Shown here: piece after piece, positions 25,711-36,174 of the stretch
How the letters are laid out: the number at the start of each line of letters is the position of its first letter
Position numbering within the stretch: the first letter of the stretch is position 1
NCBI GenBank assembly: GCA_030698775.1
Contig: JAUYMJ010000011.1
Location: 1-51,081 of the forward strand
DNA: 51,081 nt
Source of the DNA: a bacterium
Lineage (GTDB): Bacteria; Patescibacteriota; Microgenomatia; Levybacterales; UBA12049
Direction of reading: 5' to 3'
Notes under the pieces: generated by a model
The model's database searches: none
Told to the model about the DNA's origin: nothing
Seen by the model: only the letters and a program-made list of their open reading frames with translations
Translations under genes and position numbers: made by a program

Positions 25711-26487
25711 TTGTATAATTTGTCTGTGAAGGAAGTTTTTCTCTCAGTTGTCATACCCTCATACGATGAGATGGCGAATTTGCAAAAAGGCGTCTTGGAT
25801 CATGTGAAGTCCTTTCTCGATAAGCAAAACTATACGCACGAGGTAATCGTGGTTGACGATGGATCAAAAGACGGCAGCGATACGTTCATTGAGGATTTCG
25901 TCAAAGAGAATAAGACGTTTCGTCTCATTAAAAATCTCCATACCGGCAAGGCTGGTGCAGTCTCGACCGGTGTTCTCTCGGCAAAGGGAAAATATGTCCT
26001 ATTTACCGATATGGACCAGGCGACGCCGATTGAGGAAGTAAAAAAACTCTTACCATTTTTTGAGGAGCATTTTGATATTGTTATTGGCTCAAGAAACTCC
26101 AACAGGAAAGGTGCACCATGGACAAGGGTGCTTATGGCACGAAGCATGATGCTTCTTCGGAGCATCGTAGTCGGGATCCGGGGGATTTCAGATACGCAGT
26201 GTGGGTTCAAAATATTTAAAGGACAAGTGGCAAGGACGTTATTCTCAAGACTTAAAACGTTACACAATGGATTTGCAAAGGTGAGTGGTTCAAGTGTTTC
26301 AGCAGGGTTTGATGTGGAGCTTTTATTTCTCGCACAGAACATGGGGTATTCTATTAAAGAAGTCCATGTATCCTGGCTTTATGTTGAATCACGGCGCGTG
26401 AATCCGGTCGGTGATTCGGTTCGTGGAGTTGCCGACCTTCTGAGGATCAAGAGGAACTCATTGTTAGGTAAATACAACGCAGCATGA
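25711..26487 (+). CDS. GT2 polyprenyl-phosphate glycosyltransferase-like (Alg5/GtrB/DPM1 type)
   Basis: LSVVIPSYDEMANL, VVDDGSKDGS and FTDMDQATP (DxD). The start is uncertain (TTG 25711, TTG 25720 or GTG 25726), and TGTATAAT at 25712-25719 sits on top of it. Confidence 0.8.
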   Translation: MYNLSVKEVFLSVVIPSYDEMANLQKGVLDHVKSFLDKQNYTHEVIVVDDGSKDGSDTFIEDFVKENKTFRLIKNLHTGKAGAVSTGVLSAKGKYVLFTDMDQATPIEEVKKLLPFFEEHFDIVIGSRNSNRKGAPWTRVLMARSMMLLRSIVVGIRGISDTQCGFKIFKGQVARTLFSRLKTLHNGFAKVSGSSVSAGFDVELLFLAQNMGYSIKEVHVSWLYVESRRVNPVGDSVRGVADLLRIKRNSLLGKYNAA

Positions 26488-27698
26488 CCCTTGCACATTT
26501 ATTTACGGGTATTTTGCCGAAAAAACGTGAATCTCTCGCTATCTTTTTCCTTCTCATTTTTTCATTGATAGGACTGTTCCTTTACTCTTTTACGCAGGTC
26601 GACCTCTCGCTCACCATCACTCGGACCTCATTTTGGCAACCGATCCAACATGCGTTCCAATATATCGGGTATTTCAATAGGCCCCTTTCGACCCTGTTCT
26701 ATCTTCTCATCATAGGGATGTTATGCCTCAGTTATCTCCTTTTTCTTCATCTTGCGAGGAGAGGTGATGTGACTGTACGGACGGTGTGGTTTGTGATCAT
26801 TTTTATCGGTATCCTTTTTATATTTTCATACAGCGCATTTTCGTATGATATTTTTAATTACATTTTTGACGCAAAAATAATTACTCATTATGGTGAGAAT
26901 CCATACATTCGGAAAGCACTTGACTATCCCTCAGACCCTATGCTTTCTTTTATGCACTGGACACACAGGACCTATCCGTACGGTCCAAGCTGGCTGCTTC
27001 TCACTGTTCCGGTTTCATTTATTGGTTTTTCCTATTTCGTGCCGACGTATTTTCTTTTTAAAGGGCTTATTATCCTTTGCTACATCGGCACAGCGTATTA
27101 TCTTCAGAAGGTTGCCGAAAAGCTTCGCCCCGGTACGGGGCTCACGACGCTTGTCGTTTTTGCTCTTAACCCACTTGTCATCATTGAGTCGGTTGTTTCC
27201 TCACACAATGACATTGTGATGATCTTTTTTACTATCCTCAGCATCTGGTTGCTGCTGCAAAGAAAAGTTTCCATGAGTTTTCTTTCACTGATTTTTTCAA
27301 TAGGAATAAAGTTTATAACAGGATTTCTTATACCGGTATTTGTCTATATGACTGTAAAGCAGAAGACGCAGAAAACTTCAGATCTGGAACGACCCCTCAT
27401 CGTGATGTTTTTTTTGATGTTTCTTGCAATGCTTCTTGCAATAGCGAGGACAAATTTTCAGCCATGGTATTTCTTACATGTATTCGTTTTTGCATCGATT
27501 CTGATGAACAGGCGGTTTATTCTCATTCCCGCGGTAATTTTTTCGTTTTTTGCGCTTTTTCAGTATATCCCATACCTCTATCTCGGGAATTATGACCCAC
27601 CGGTTCCGGCTATTCTCCAAACCTTATGGATTGTCCCGCTTGCTTTTTGTATCATCCTTGGAATCATTTTACTTTTTCAACAAAAGAGAGAGCAATGA
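26484..27698 (+). CDS. polytopic membrane protein, GT-C-like (family unassigned)
   Basis: 404 aa with about 10 hydrophobic segments and the loop YGENPYIRKALDYPSDPMLSFMHWTHRTYPYGPSWLL. It is ATGA-coupled to the upstream GT2. Confidence 0.55.
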   Translation: MTLAHLFTGILPKKRESLAIFFLLIFSLIGLFLYSFTQVDLSLTITRTSFWQPIQHAFQYIGYFNRPLSTLFYLLIIGMLCLSYLLFLHLARRGDVTVRTVWFVIIFIGILFIFSYSAFSYDIFNYIFDAKIITHYGENPYIRKALDYPSDPMLSFMHWTHRTYPYGPSWLLLTVPVSFIGFSYFVPTYFLFKGLIILCYIGTAYYLQKVAEKLRPGTGLTTLVVFALNPLVIIESVVSSHNDIVMIFFTILSIWLLLQRKVSMSFLSLIFSIGIKFITGFLIPVFVYMTVKQKTQKTSDLERPLIVMFFLMFLAMLLAIARTNFQPWYFLHVFVFASILMNRRFILIPAVIFSFFALFQYIPYLYLGNYDPPVPAILQTLWIVPLAFCIILGIILLFQQKREQ

Positions 27699-29203
27699 AT
27701 GTGAGAACCGTCTTTTTCGGAAGGCAGAGGACGCTTTTTTTGTTTTTCATACTCATCCTCGCTTACCTTTTTACCAGGTTTTACCACCTCCTCTCACTTC
27801 CGATATTTACTGATGAAGCAATTTATATAAGGTGGGCACAAATAATATCTGATCACCCCCGCAGTCTCTTTATCTCACTTGTGGACGGTAAACAACCCTT
27901 GTTTATTTGGGCAATTGTTTTTCTCCTCAAAATATTTCATGACCCGCTTTTCGCGGGAAGGTGTGCAGGAATATTTTTTGGATTACTGACACTTCTCGGA
28001 ATATTTGTCTTTGTGAGGGTCTTTTTTCAAAATACAAGGTTTGGCCTTTTGAGTATGTTTCTCTACATTTTGTTCCCTATGGCATTAGTCTATGACAGGA
28101 TGGCTTTGTACGAGTCAGCGACCAGTGCTTCCGTCATGTGGAGTATGGTTATTTTTTCATACTTTCTTCAGAAACCCTCATCCCGCTTTGTTCTTCTCCT
28201 CGGTCTTTCGTGGGGGATTGGCCTTCTGATTAAAACGACCGGGTTTTTCATCATATATCTCTCTTTTTTTCTGCCGTTTCTCATGCCCCCTAAAAATAAA
28301 CGAAAAATTGGCTTATTTGTGAAGTATGGAATATTTCTCCTGCTCTCCTTAGGCGTTGCAGTCGCGATGTATTCAGTTTTGCGTTTGTCCCCTCATTTCT
28401 CACAGCTTGAGGCAAAAAATGCCGTGTTTGCCTACCATTTTTCTGAGCTTATTCCGTATGGTGCGTTTATTTCCTGGCCAAATAATTTGGTAAAATTGGG
28501 AAACTGGACCGTCCTGTATTTTACGGCAGCGTTTAGCCTCCTATCGTTTTTTTCATTTCTGTTTTTGAGAGAGTATAAGAGGCAGATACTTGTTTTATGG
28601 TTTCTTTTTCTTACACAATTTCTTCTACTTGGACTTTTTGGAAGACTCCTGAACCCACGCTACTTATTTAGTATCTCAATATTTCTTATCCCTCTTGCCG
28701 CAATTTCACTCGAAGGTCTGTTGCGTTTATCCCGTACTGTCCTTGCCTTAAGAATACTTGTTGTCTTTCTGCTACTTCCCGTTGCTGCAATCGATTACGG
28801 GATTTTGCGAAATTTTCAAGAGGCCCGGATTCCAAGAGAAGATCTTATGCAGTATATAAACGGATGGCCGGCAGGAGGAGGAATGAGAGAAATCATGACA
28901 TATTTATCGGAAAGAAGTAAGGTAAGAAGACTCTTTGTCTACACGGAGGGAATTTATGGGAGCCTTCCGACAACGGTTTCTGAGATCTATCTGGGGAAGA
29001 ACAAAAATATCCGTCTCAGCTCCTATGACCCAACTAACCCTGATGCATGGAAGGAATTTACGAGGGGTGATAGGGATTATGAGACATTCATTGTGGTAAA
29101 TCAGGCCCAGGAATTACAGAGAGAATGGCCGGTGAGGCTGATTGCCTCATACAGAAAGGGAAGTAGCGACGTCTTAAGTAGCCTCTACATTCTTGTCCCA
29201 TGA
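27695..29203 (+). CDS. GT39/ArnT-like membrane glycosyltransferase
   Basis: LPIFTDEAIYIRWAQ in the first-loop motif. It is polytopic. The ATG at 27695 forms an ATGA overlap, so the ORF-track N-extension is rejected. Confidence 0.75.
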   Translation: MNVRTVFFGRQRTLFLFFILILAYLFTRFYHLLSLPIFTDEAIYIRWAQIISDHPRSLFISLVDGKQPLFIWAIVFLLKIFHDPLFAGRCAGIFFGLLTLLGIFVFVRVFFQNTRFGLLSMFLYILFPMALVYDRMALYESATSASVMWSMVIFSYFLQKPSSRFVLLLGLSWGIGLLIKTTGFFIIYLSFFLPFLMPPKNKRKIGLFVKYGIFLLLSLGVAVAMYSVLRLSPHFSQLEAKNAVFAYHFSELIPYGAFISWPNNLVKLGNWTVLYFTAAFSLLSFFSFLFLREYKRQILVLWFLFLTQFLLLGLFGRLLNPRYLFSISIFLIPLAAISLEGLLRLSRTVLALRILVVFLLLPVAAIDYGILRNFQEARIPREDLMQYINGWPAGGGMREIMTYLSERSKVRRLFVYTEGIYGSLPTTVSEIYLGKNKNIRLSSYDPTNPDAWKEFTRGDRDYETFIVVNQAQELQREWPVRLIASYRKGSSDVLSSLYILVP

Positions 29204-29219
29204 TACAATATGTTTAGTT

Positions 29220-30716
29220 ATGCTTGCCTATCTCCGAAATGACCGGGTTATCATGCTCATCCTTTCCGCAGTATATCTTATCACCCGTCTCTACAACCTT
29301 ACCGTTCTCCCCATCTTTACCGATGAATCGATTTATATCTACTGGTCGAAATACATCCTTGATACGCACTCACATTGGTTTATTGCCTTAACCGATGGAA
29401 AACCTCCCATTTTGACCTGGATAATAGGGATACTTCTCGGTGTCCTGCCACAGTCGTGGTATTTGGTTGCCGGAAGGCTTCCTTCTGTATTTTTCGGCCT
29501 TATTTCCCTCATCGGAACATTTAAACTTTCTCAGTTGCTCTTTGGATCACGAAAAGCAGCCTTTCTTGCGTCGGTATTTCTTCTCCTTTCTCCTTTTATG
29601 TTTGTGTACGACAGGTTGGCTCTTTATGACGCACAGCTATGTGCGATGCTTGTTTGGAGTGTATATTTCTGCATCAAAACCTCAAAATCACTGAGTGTAA
29701 AGGATGCGCTCCTCTGGGCAATATTTTTAGGATTGGGATTTCTCTCGAAGCCACCGGCGGTCTTATATCTATTGATTACCCCACTCTGCTTCTTGGTGAT
29801 GATGAAGGCGAAGACGATCTTTGCACATTGGAAAAGGATTACTCTTTTTTTACTGAGCGTACTCCTGATCAGTGAAGGGATGAATAATCTTCAAAGGGTT
29901 TCAGGTGCATTTCAGGCAGCACAATTGAAAAATCAACAATTTGAACAACCCCTTCAAGAGCTTATTCGTCATCCTTTTCAGCTGCTGCCAAGCAATCTCT
30001 ATCAATTCACAATTTGGCTACTCGGTTACTATACTCTTCCGCTTTTTCTTGCGGTTATCGTAAGCTTCGGAGTGATTATTCTTACCAGGAGAAGGGAAGG
30101 CTTTGCGCTTTTTTTCCTTTGGGCGCTTCCGATTCTCGCGTTTGCATTTGCAGCCCGGGAAATTTTTCCCCGCTATTTACTTTTTATCACCCCGTTTGCG
30201 ATGATTACGCTCTCGTGGGCATTAGTAGAGATATGGAGAAGAGGTAAAGTTCAGAGAACATTATCTCTTGGTGTAGCCTCTCTTCTTCTCGTGCTTCCCA
30301 CGATCTTTTGTTTCTTCCTTCTGACCGATCCCAAACAAGCACCACTGCCGCTTGCAGACTACAATCAACTCGTCGCCGAACATCCATCAGGATACGGACT
30401 TGACCGTGTGTTCTCATATATCCGCTTACAGGAGTTGAAAGGAGATCTTACTGTAGTGACACAAGGAACGTTTGGGCTATATCCTTACGCATTTTACCTT
30501 GAGTTTTGGGGGGATCCGCATGTGCGTATTTTGCCGAAATGGCCTCTGGACAAGCTCGATGCCGAGATATATCAGGCGAGAGAAAAAGGCGAGGTTATAG
30601 TGATATTAAAAGACGTGAAAGTTATGCCCCTTCAGCTTTCTGATCTGGTTCTTATCGAGAAGATTGTAAAACCCAGAAGCATCAAATACCCTATTTTTCT
30701 TACAAGGCTGAAGTAG
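29220..30716 (+). CDS. GT39/ArnT-like membrane glycosyltransferase (tandem paralog of 27695)
   Basis: LPIFTDESIYIYWSK. The first ATG is at 29220 (the ORF-track start is TTG 29193). Confidence 0.75.
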   Translation: MLAYLRNDRVIMLILSAVYLITRLYNLTVLPIFTDESIYIYWSKYILDTHSHWFIALTDGKPPILTWIIGILLGVLPQSWYLVAGRLPSVFFGLISLIGTFKLSQLLFGSRKAAFLASVFLLLSPFMFVYDRLALYDAQLCAMLVWSVYFCIKTSKSLSVKDALLWAIFLGLGFLSKPPAVLYLLITPLCFLVMMKAKTIFAHWKRITLFLLSVLLISEGMNNLQRVSGAFQAAQLKNQQFEQPLQELIRHPFQLLPSNLYQFTIWLLGYYTLPLFLAVIVSFGVIILTRRREGFALFFLWALPILAFAFAAREIFPRYLLFITPFAMITLSWALVEIWRRGKVQRTLSLGVASLLLVLPTIFCFFLLTDPKQAPLPLADYNQLVAEHPSGYGLDRVFSYIRLQELKGDLTVVTQGTFGLYPYAFYLEFWGDPHVRILPKWPLDKLDAEIYQAREKGEVIVILKDVKVMPLQLSDLVLIEKIVKPRSIKYPIFLTRLK

Positions 30717-30717
30717 A

Positions 30718-32283
30718 ATGAAATTATTGCATCCAAAAAGTACCCGAACATTAATAATCCTCATATTGCTGATTTTCTTCCTTATTCCCGTTTTAATGCC
30801 ACTATTTTACAAAGGTTTTTTTGTTTCAGACGACGGGGAGTGGATGGTAATCCGGTTCAGCGCCTTTTATGAAGCAATTCGCTCAGGACAATTTCCTGTT
30901 CGGTTCCTTATGCGGTTAAACCAGGGGTATGGTTATCCTGTCGCAAATTTTCTGTATCCGGGGTTTATGTACCTGGGTGTTCCGTTACATGTTGTGGGTT
31001 TTTCTTTTGTAGATACGGTAAAAATTCTCATGGGTGCAAGTATCATTGCATCGGTTGTCTTTTGTTATCTATGGCTAAGGATGTTTTTTTCCGAAAAAGC
31101 TGCCGTTATCGGTGCGCTTTTCTATGGATATGCCCCTTACCATCTTTATGATCTTTATACGAGAGGAAATATCGGTGAATTGTTGGTACTCGCGTTTGCG
31201 CCATTTGTCCTTTGGCAGCTTGAGAGAAAGAGTTTGTTTTGGTCATGCTCAGGCTTGGGGATACTTCTTATCATGCACAACACACTTGCGGTTTTTTTCT
31301 TTTTGTTCCTGCTTTTTTATCTGTTCTTTAAAGCTATTGTGTCGAAGAAACCAAAAACGCTACTTCTTCAATTTTCGTTGCTTGTTCTCGTTGGTTTAGG
31401 ACTATCGGCATTCTTTTGGATACCGGCAGTAAGTGATTTACGATACACTATTTTTTCAGAAACCGTAGTGTCGGACTGGCAAGCACATTTTAGCTCCCTT
31501 TGGCTGGTGGGACTACAAACGTATCTTATTTTTGTCATCGTCTTAATGCTTTTTTTATCAAAACGGGTTGCTCCTTCTTCTCATCATCTGACAATATTGC
31601 TTTTATTTCTCGGGCTTGTAAGCACATTTTTTGCGACAGTAGGGAGTACTTTTCTATGGCAAATATTGCCGGTATCATTCGTTCAATTTCCGTTCCGTTT
31701 CCTTTCAATCTCAATCCTTTGCGCGTCATTTCTGATCGCATTTCTTTTCTCACAGTTTTCAAAAAGAGAGACTATTGTCGGTTTTGTTATAGCACTCATT
31801 CTTACAGGTGTTAGTTACTGGCAGATGGTGATACCGGTCACGCAAATTGATAAAGGAGAGGGTTTTTATGCAACCAACCTGGATACGACAACAGTCAGAA
31901 ATGAGTATATGCCACGATGGGTGAACCAGCTACCGTCGGGATACCCCCATGAAAAAGTTTCAGCAGGTGACGCGAAGGTTACGAATGTTGTGACAGATCC
32001 AAACAGTATATCTTTCATGGTACAAGGTGATAAATCTTCGCGTATCGAAGTGAAAACTATAGATTTTCCCGGATGGGAGGCTACAATCGATAGTAAGAAA
32101 ACAGAAATTTCACATACAAATCCCCTCGGTGTTATCGAGCTAAGGGTTCCTCCGGGGTTTCATGACGTTCAAGTCGTTTTTAAGGAGACTTTTCTGAGAC
32201 GAATAAGCAATCTCATCACTCTTGTAAGTTTTGTTACACTCGTCGTGCTCTTGCTGTTTTACAAACGGAACAGGTGGTTTTGA
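30718..32283 (+). CDS. PTPS-related-domain polytopic membrane protein, paralog B
   Basis: DDGEWMVIRFSAFYEAIRSGQFPVRF...GYGYPVANFLYPGFMYLG, with the C-terminal FPGWEATID...VPPGFHDVQVVF module. Confidence 0.75.
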   Translation: MKLLHPKSTRTLIILILLIFFLIPVLMPLFYKGFFVSDDGEWMVIRFSAFYEAIRSGQFPVRFLMRLNQGYGYPVANFLYPGFMYLGVPLHVVGFSFVDTVKILMGASIIASVVFCYLWLRMFFSEKAAVIGALFYGYAPYHLYDLYTRGNIGELLVLAFAPFVLWQLERKSLFWSCSGLGILLIMHNTLAVFFFLFLLFYLFFKAIVSKKPKTLLLQFSLLVLVGLGLSAFFWIPAVSDLRYTIFSETVVSDWQAHFSSLWLVGLQTYLIFVIVLMLFLSKRVAPSSHHLTILLLFLGLVSTFFATVGSTFLWQILPVSFVQFPFRFLSISILCASFLIAFLFSQFSKRETIVGFVIALILTGVSYWQMVIPVTQIDKGEGFYATNLDTTTVRNEYMPRWVNQLPSGYPHEKVSAGDAKVTNVVTDPNSISFMVQGDKSSRIEVKTIDFPGWEATIDSKKTEISHTNPLGVIELRVPPGFHDVQVVFKETFLRRISNLITLVSFVTLVVLLLFYKRNRWF

Positions 32284-32284
32284 G

Positions 32285-33979
32285 ATGAGAAAAGGTTTTT
32301 CGTCATTGTGGTTTTTCATAGTCGTCGCAGTTTCCTACTGGGCCGTTGCTCCCCTACTTGTTCCCGGCTTTTTCCCAATGCACGATGCCACGCAGGTGGC
32401 AAGGGTTTATGAAATGGCAAGAGGGCTTCTTGACGGGATGTTTCCCGTGCGTTGGGTCGTGGATCTTGGATACGGATACGGCTACCCGATCTTCTCGTTT
32501 TACGGGCCGTTTGCCTATTACATCGGTGCAATTCCTGTGATACTTGGAACAAATGCACTTGTTGCAACAAAAATTATGTTTGGGGTAGGCATCATCCTCA
32601 GCGGGATTGGGATGTTTTATTTAGCGAGGACTTTTTGGGGAAACGCAGCAGCAGTTGTGTCCTCGCTTCTCTACATTTATGCGCCCTATCATGCAGTTAC
32701 CGTTTACGTTCGTGGTGCGGTTGGAGAGTTTTTTGGCTATGCACTCCTCCCATTTGTTTTTTATGGTGCTATCAAGATGTATAAGGTGGGGGCATTTCGT
32801 TATTTTGTCGTCTTTGTGCTTTCTTACGCCGCCCTTATTTTGTCACACAATCTTACAGCGCTCATGATAACGCCGTATCTTCTTTTCTCCCTTGTGGTGC
32901 TTGCATTTTTTTCTCTGAAAGAAAAAAAAGTAAAGAGTTTTTACTTTCTTCTTTTTGGATTGTTGCTCGGGTTGGGTGTAAGCGCGTTTTATTGGTTGCC
33001 AGCATTTTTGGAGATGCAATATACAAATGTATTCTCACAAGTTGGTGGTGGGGCAAATTTTAGAGACCATTTTGTTTGTTTAGCCCAGCTTTGGAGTAGC
33101 CAATGGGGATTTGCCGGGTCGGCGAGAGGGTGTATTGATGGGCTTTCGTTTCAGATTGGTAAGCTGCATATTTTGTTTGTGTTTTTGACAATACCGCTTT
33201 TCGTGATACTTTTCGGGACACAAAAAGAAAGGGCATTTGTTCTTGGCACGGGGATGGTTTTTTTCTTACTGTCAATTTTTTTACTGCTTCCGTACTCAAG
33301 ATTCCTCTGGGAACTGGCGCCTCAGATTTGGTTTATCCAGTACCCATGGCGTTTTTTAATGTTTGTCTCCTTTTTTTCATCTTTTATCGCAGGTGGGGTT
33401 ATCTGGTATATCTTCACAAGGGAGGCTGTGTGGAATAACAGGGTGTTCCGTGTTTGTGTTTTGGGATCTGTAAGTGTCGTAATACTTCTCCTGTATACAA
33501 AGCTCTTTATTCCTCAGGCAATCCTCAATAAATCGTCAAACGATTATACGAATATCAATGAGCTTCGTTGGAAAACCTCTAAGATATCGGATGAGTATTT
33601 GCCTACAGATTTTTCAAAACCGTATGCAGAAAATGAATTTCCGTTGAACACTTTTTATGTTCTATCGGGAGATGCGAAGCCATTTAACGAGATGACAAAA
33701 GCACAAGAATATTCCGTTGAATATCGCTCCTTCTTTCCGAGTACAATTGGTGCCCGAATTGCCCATTTTCCAGCGTGGGTAGCCTACCTTGACGACAATT
33801 TGATCCCGTATGAGGGAGAGGGCAATGGGTATAGCGTGGAAGTGCCTTCGGGTAGGCATCAACTGAAGTTTTCCTATCACAATACACCAATTGAAGAGGC
33901 TTCGAATATCCTATCTGTAATTAGTATCCTTATCCTTCTTACTGGTATAATACTCACTGAGCGGAAAGGCCAGCTATGA
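32285..33979 (+). CDS. PTPS-related-domain polytopic membrane protein, paralog C
   Basis: HDATQVARVYEMARGLLDGMFPVRW...GYGYGYPIFSFYGPFAYYIG, with C-terminal FPAWVAYLD...VPSGRHQLKFSY. The ATG at 32285 is one nucleotide after the upstream stop. Confidence 0.75.
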   Translation: MRKGFSSLWFFIVVAVSYWAVAPLLVPGFFPMHDATQVARVYEMARGLLDGMFPVRWVVDLGYGYGYPIFSFYGPFAYYIGAIPVILGTNALVATKIMFGVGIILSGIGMFYLARTFWGNAAAVVSSLLYIYAPYHAVTVYVRGAVGEFFGYALLPFVFYGAIKMYKVGAFRYFVVFVLSYAALILSHNLTALMITPYLLFSLVVLAFFSLKEKKVKSFYFLLFGLLLGLGVSAFYWLPAFLEMQYTNVFSQVGGGANFRDHFVCLAQLWSSQWGFAGSARGCIDGLSFQIGKLHILFVFLTIPLFVILFGTQKERAFVLGTGMVFFLLSIFLLLPYSRFLWELAPQIWFIQYPWRFLMFVSFFSSFIAGGVIWYIFTREAVWNNRVFRVCVLGSVSVVILLLYTKLFIPQAILNKSSNDYTNINELRWKTSKISDEYLPTDFSKPYAENEFPLNTFYVLSGDAKPFNEMTKAQEYSVEYRSFFPSTIGARIAHFPAWVAYLDDNLIPYEGEGNGYSVEVPSGRHQLKFSYHNTPIEEASNILSVISILILLTGIILTERKGQL

Positions 33980-34689
33980 CACAAAAATTGGACGAGCTGT
34001 CAATTTTCTTCCCTTTCTGGAATGAGGAAAGGAATATTGAGGAGGTTGTGACGAGAGCAATCCCCGTTGCTGAGAAGGTGGCAAAAAAGTGGGAAATCCT
34101 CATGATTGACGACGGATCATCAGATAAGACCCTCGAAATTGCGAAGAGGATTGAGGCTGGGAACAAACATGCCCACACAATAAGCCTTCATCCAAATAGG
34201 GGATATGGTGCAGCCCTCAGAGCAGGATTTGATCATGCTAAGTACAGATATGTCGTGTTTACGGATGGAGACTTGCAGTTTGATTTTTCTGAAGTCGAAC
34301 GGTTCCTGGAGAAAATAGGGGAAGCAGATATTGTGATAGGCTTCCGTCAACATAGAAAAGATAATCTTATGCGCCATGTCCTTATGGTTCTTCTTAAGAT
34401 TTGGGATTTTGTTTTTTTTAGATTTTACTACCGTGATATTGATTGCGGGTTTAAAATGTTTCGAAAGGAGGCACTTGAGCAGATCATGCCTCTTCGGTCA
34501 GAAGGAGCGATGATTACAACTGAGATTTTGGCAAAGGCGAAGGCAAAAAAGTTGCAAGTAGTACAGGTTGGCGTTACACATTACTCAAGAAAGTTTGGAG
34601 ATCAAAGCGGTGGTAATGTTTCTGTCATCATACGGGCGATGCTTGAGACATTTATTCTCTTTTGGGATATAAAAAACCGTCGGTTTTAA
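33976..34689 (+). CDS. GT2 polyprenyl-phosphate glycosyltransferase-like
   Basis: LSIFFPFWNEERNIEEVV, MIDDGSSDKT and FTDGDLQF. It has an ATGA overlap. Confidence 0.8.
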   Translation: MTQKLDELSIFFPFWNEERNIEEVVTRAIPVAEKVAKKWEILMIDDGSSDKTLEIAKRIEAGNKHAHTISLHPNRGYGAALRAGFDHAKYRYVVFTDGDLQFDFSEVERFLEKIGEADIVIGFRQHRKDNLMRHVLMVLLKIWDFVFFRFYYRDIDCGFKMFRKEALEQIMPLRSEGAMITTEILAKAKAKKLQVVQVGVTHYSRKFGDQSGGNVSVIIRAMLETFILFWDIKNRRF

Positions 34690-34713
34690 GATGACCCCTC
34701 CGTTCTGCTCTAT

Positions 34714-36174
34714 ATGCACGATCTTGATATTGCCACGATTACAAAAAAATCTATACACGGTGTCGTAGCGCTGGTGTCCCGTACTTTCCTTATTCAGTTG
34801 ATTGGGCAGGTAGTGACATTTCTCCTGACCGTCTATCTGTCTCCGACTGATTACGGAGTTTTTTTCCTTGTTTCGTCAGTTATTGTTTTCTATTCGTACT
34901 TTTCCGATATTGGCTTGGCTGCAGCGCTTATTCAGAAGAAAGAAGACCTGACAGATGAGGATCTGAAAACGACTTTCACCGTCCAACAGGCTTTGGTTCT
35001 GACGCTCATCATCGTTGGGGTCTCACTCACAGGATGGATAAGAACGACATATACCCTTGATGATAAGGGGATAGTGCTCTATCATGCGCTTCTTGCCGCC
35101 TTTTTTCTTTCATCACTCAAAACTATTCCATCAATCCTCCTTGAACGTCATCTCGATTTCAAACGCTTGGTTATACCCGAAATTGTGGAGACGTTGCTCT
35201 TTAATTGTACGGTTCTTGTTCTTGCGATAAAGGGTTTCGGAATTAGTAGTTTTACCTACGCGGTGTTAGCGAGGGGAATTGCAGGGACTACGACAATGTA
35301 TCTTGTCAAACCGTGGAGAATCACTTTCGGTTTCTCAAGACCCGTTGCGAAACGCTTGCTTTCCTACGGAGTTCCCTTCCAGGCTAATAGCCTTCTCGCA
35401 CTCGTCAAGGATCAGCTTCTCATCTTGTATCTTGGAGCAGTCCTTACAAAACCCATGCTCGGATTTGTTGGATTTGCGCAAAAATGGGCGTTCATGCCGC
35501 TTCGATTAATAATGGACAACGTCATCCGGATCACCTTCCCATCTTTTTCGCGCATGGCCGATCAAAAAGAATATCTGGGAAAAGCAATAGAAAAATCTAT
35601 TTTTGCTGTGGTGTTTTTTATCTTCCCGATCACAACAGGTATGGTTATTTTAATGCCATATCTTTTCTCAATTGTTCCAAAGTATCAAAAATGGGAGCCG
35701 GCTATGTTATCCGTTCTTTTTTTTGCGGTTAACGCTGCGTTATCCTCTATATCGACTCCTTTAACCAACGCGCTTAATGCTATTGGAAAAATAAAAGTGA
35801 CACTGTACCTTATGATTTTCTGGACACTTAGCACCTGGATATTGACACCGATTTTAATCTTTTCGATGGGTTTTACCGGGGTTGCATTAGCGTCTGCTAT
35901 CGTTGCGTCCTCTGTTGTACTCGTTGTGTATGTCACAAATAAATATGTCCCAATAAAATTAGTTGGCCTGGTTTTCAGGCCTCTTTTTGCCACAGTTGTG
36001 ATGGGACTGACAATCTGGAGCCTGAGTCCGTATATTGTGAGAAATGTGCCGTCGTTTGTTCTCATGGTTGTGATTGGTGCAATTGTTTATGCCCTCAGCA
36101 TGATCATAGTGGCAAAAAAGCAGTTAGTTGCCGATTGGAAGATGGTAAGACTACAATTGAAGGGAGAAGCATGA
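34714..36174 (+). CDS. Wzx-like polysaccharide/oligosaccharide flippase (MOP superfamily)
   Basis: 486 aa with about 12-14 TM segments. The N-terminus KKSIHGVVALVSRTFLIQLIGQVVTFLLTVYLSPTDYGVF is typical of Polysacc_synt-type exporters. Confidence 0.75.
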   Translation: MHDLDIATITKKSIHGVVALVSRTFLIQLIGQVVTFLLTVYLSPTDYGVFFLVSSVIVFYSYFSDIGLAAALIQKKEDLTDEDLKTTFTVQQALVLTLIIVGVSLTGWIRTTYTLDDKGIVLYHALLAAFFLSSLKTIPSILLERHLDFKRLVIPEIVETLLFNCTVLVLAIKGFGISSFTYAVLARGIAGTTTMYLVKPWRITFGFSRPVAKRLLSYGVPFQANSLLALVKDQLLILYLGAVLTKPMLGFVGFAQKWAFMPLRLIMDNVIRITFPSFSRMADQKEYLGKAIEKSIFAVVFFIFPITTGMVILMPYLFSIVPKYQKWEPAMLSVLFFAVNAALSSISTPLTNALNAIGKIKVTLYLMIFWTLSTWILTPILIFSMGFTGVALASAIVASSVVLVVYVTNKYVPIKLVGLVFRPLFATVVMGLTIWSLSPYIVRNVPSFVLMVVIGAIVYALSMIIVAKKQLVADWKMVRLQLKGEA

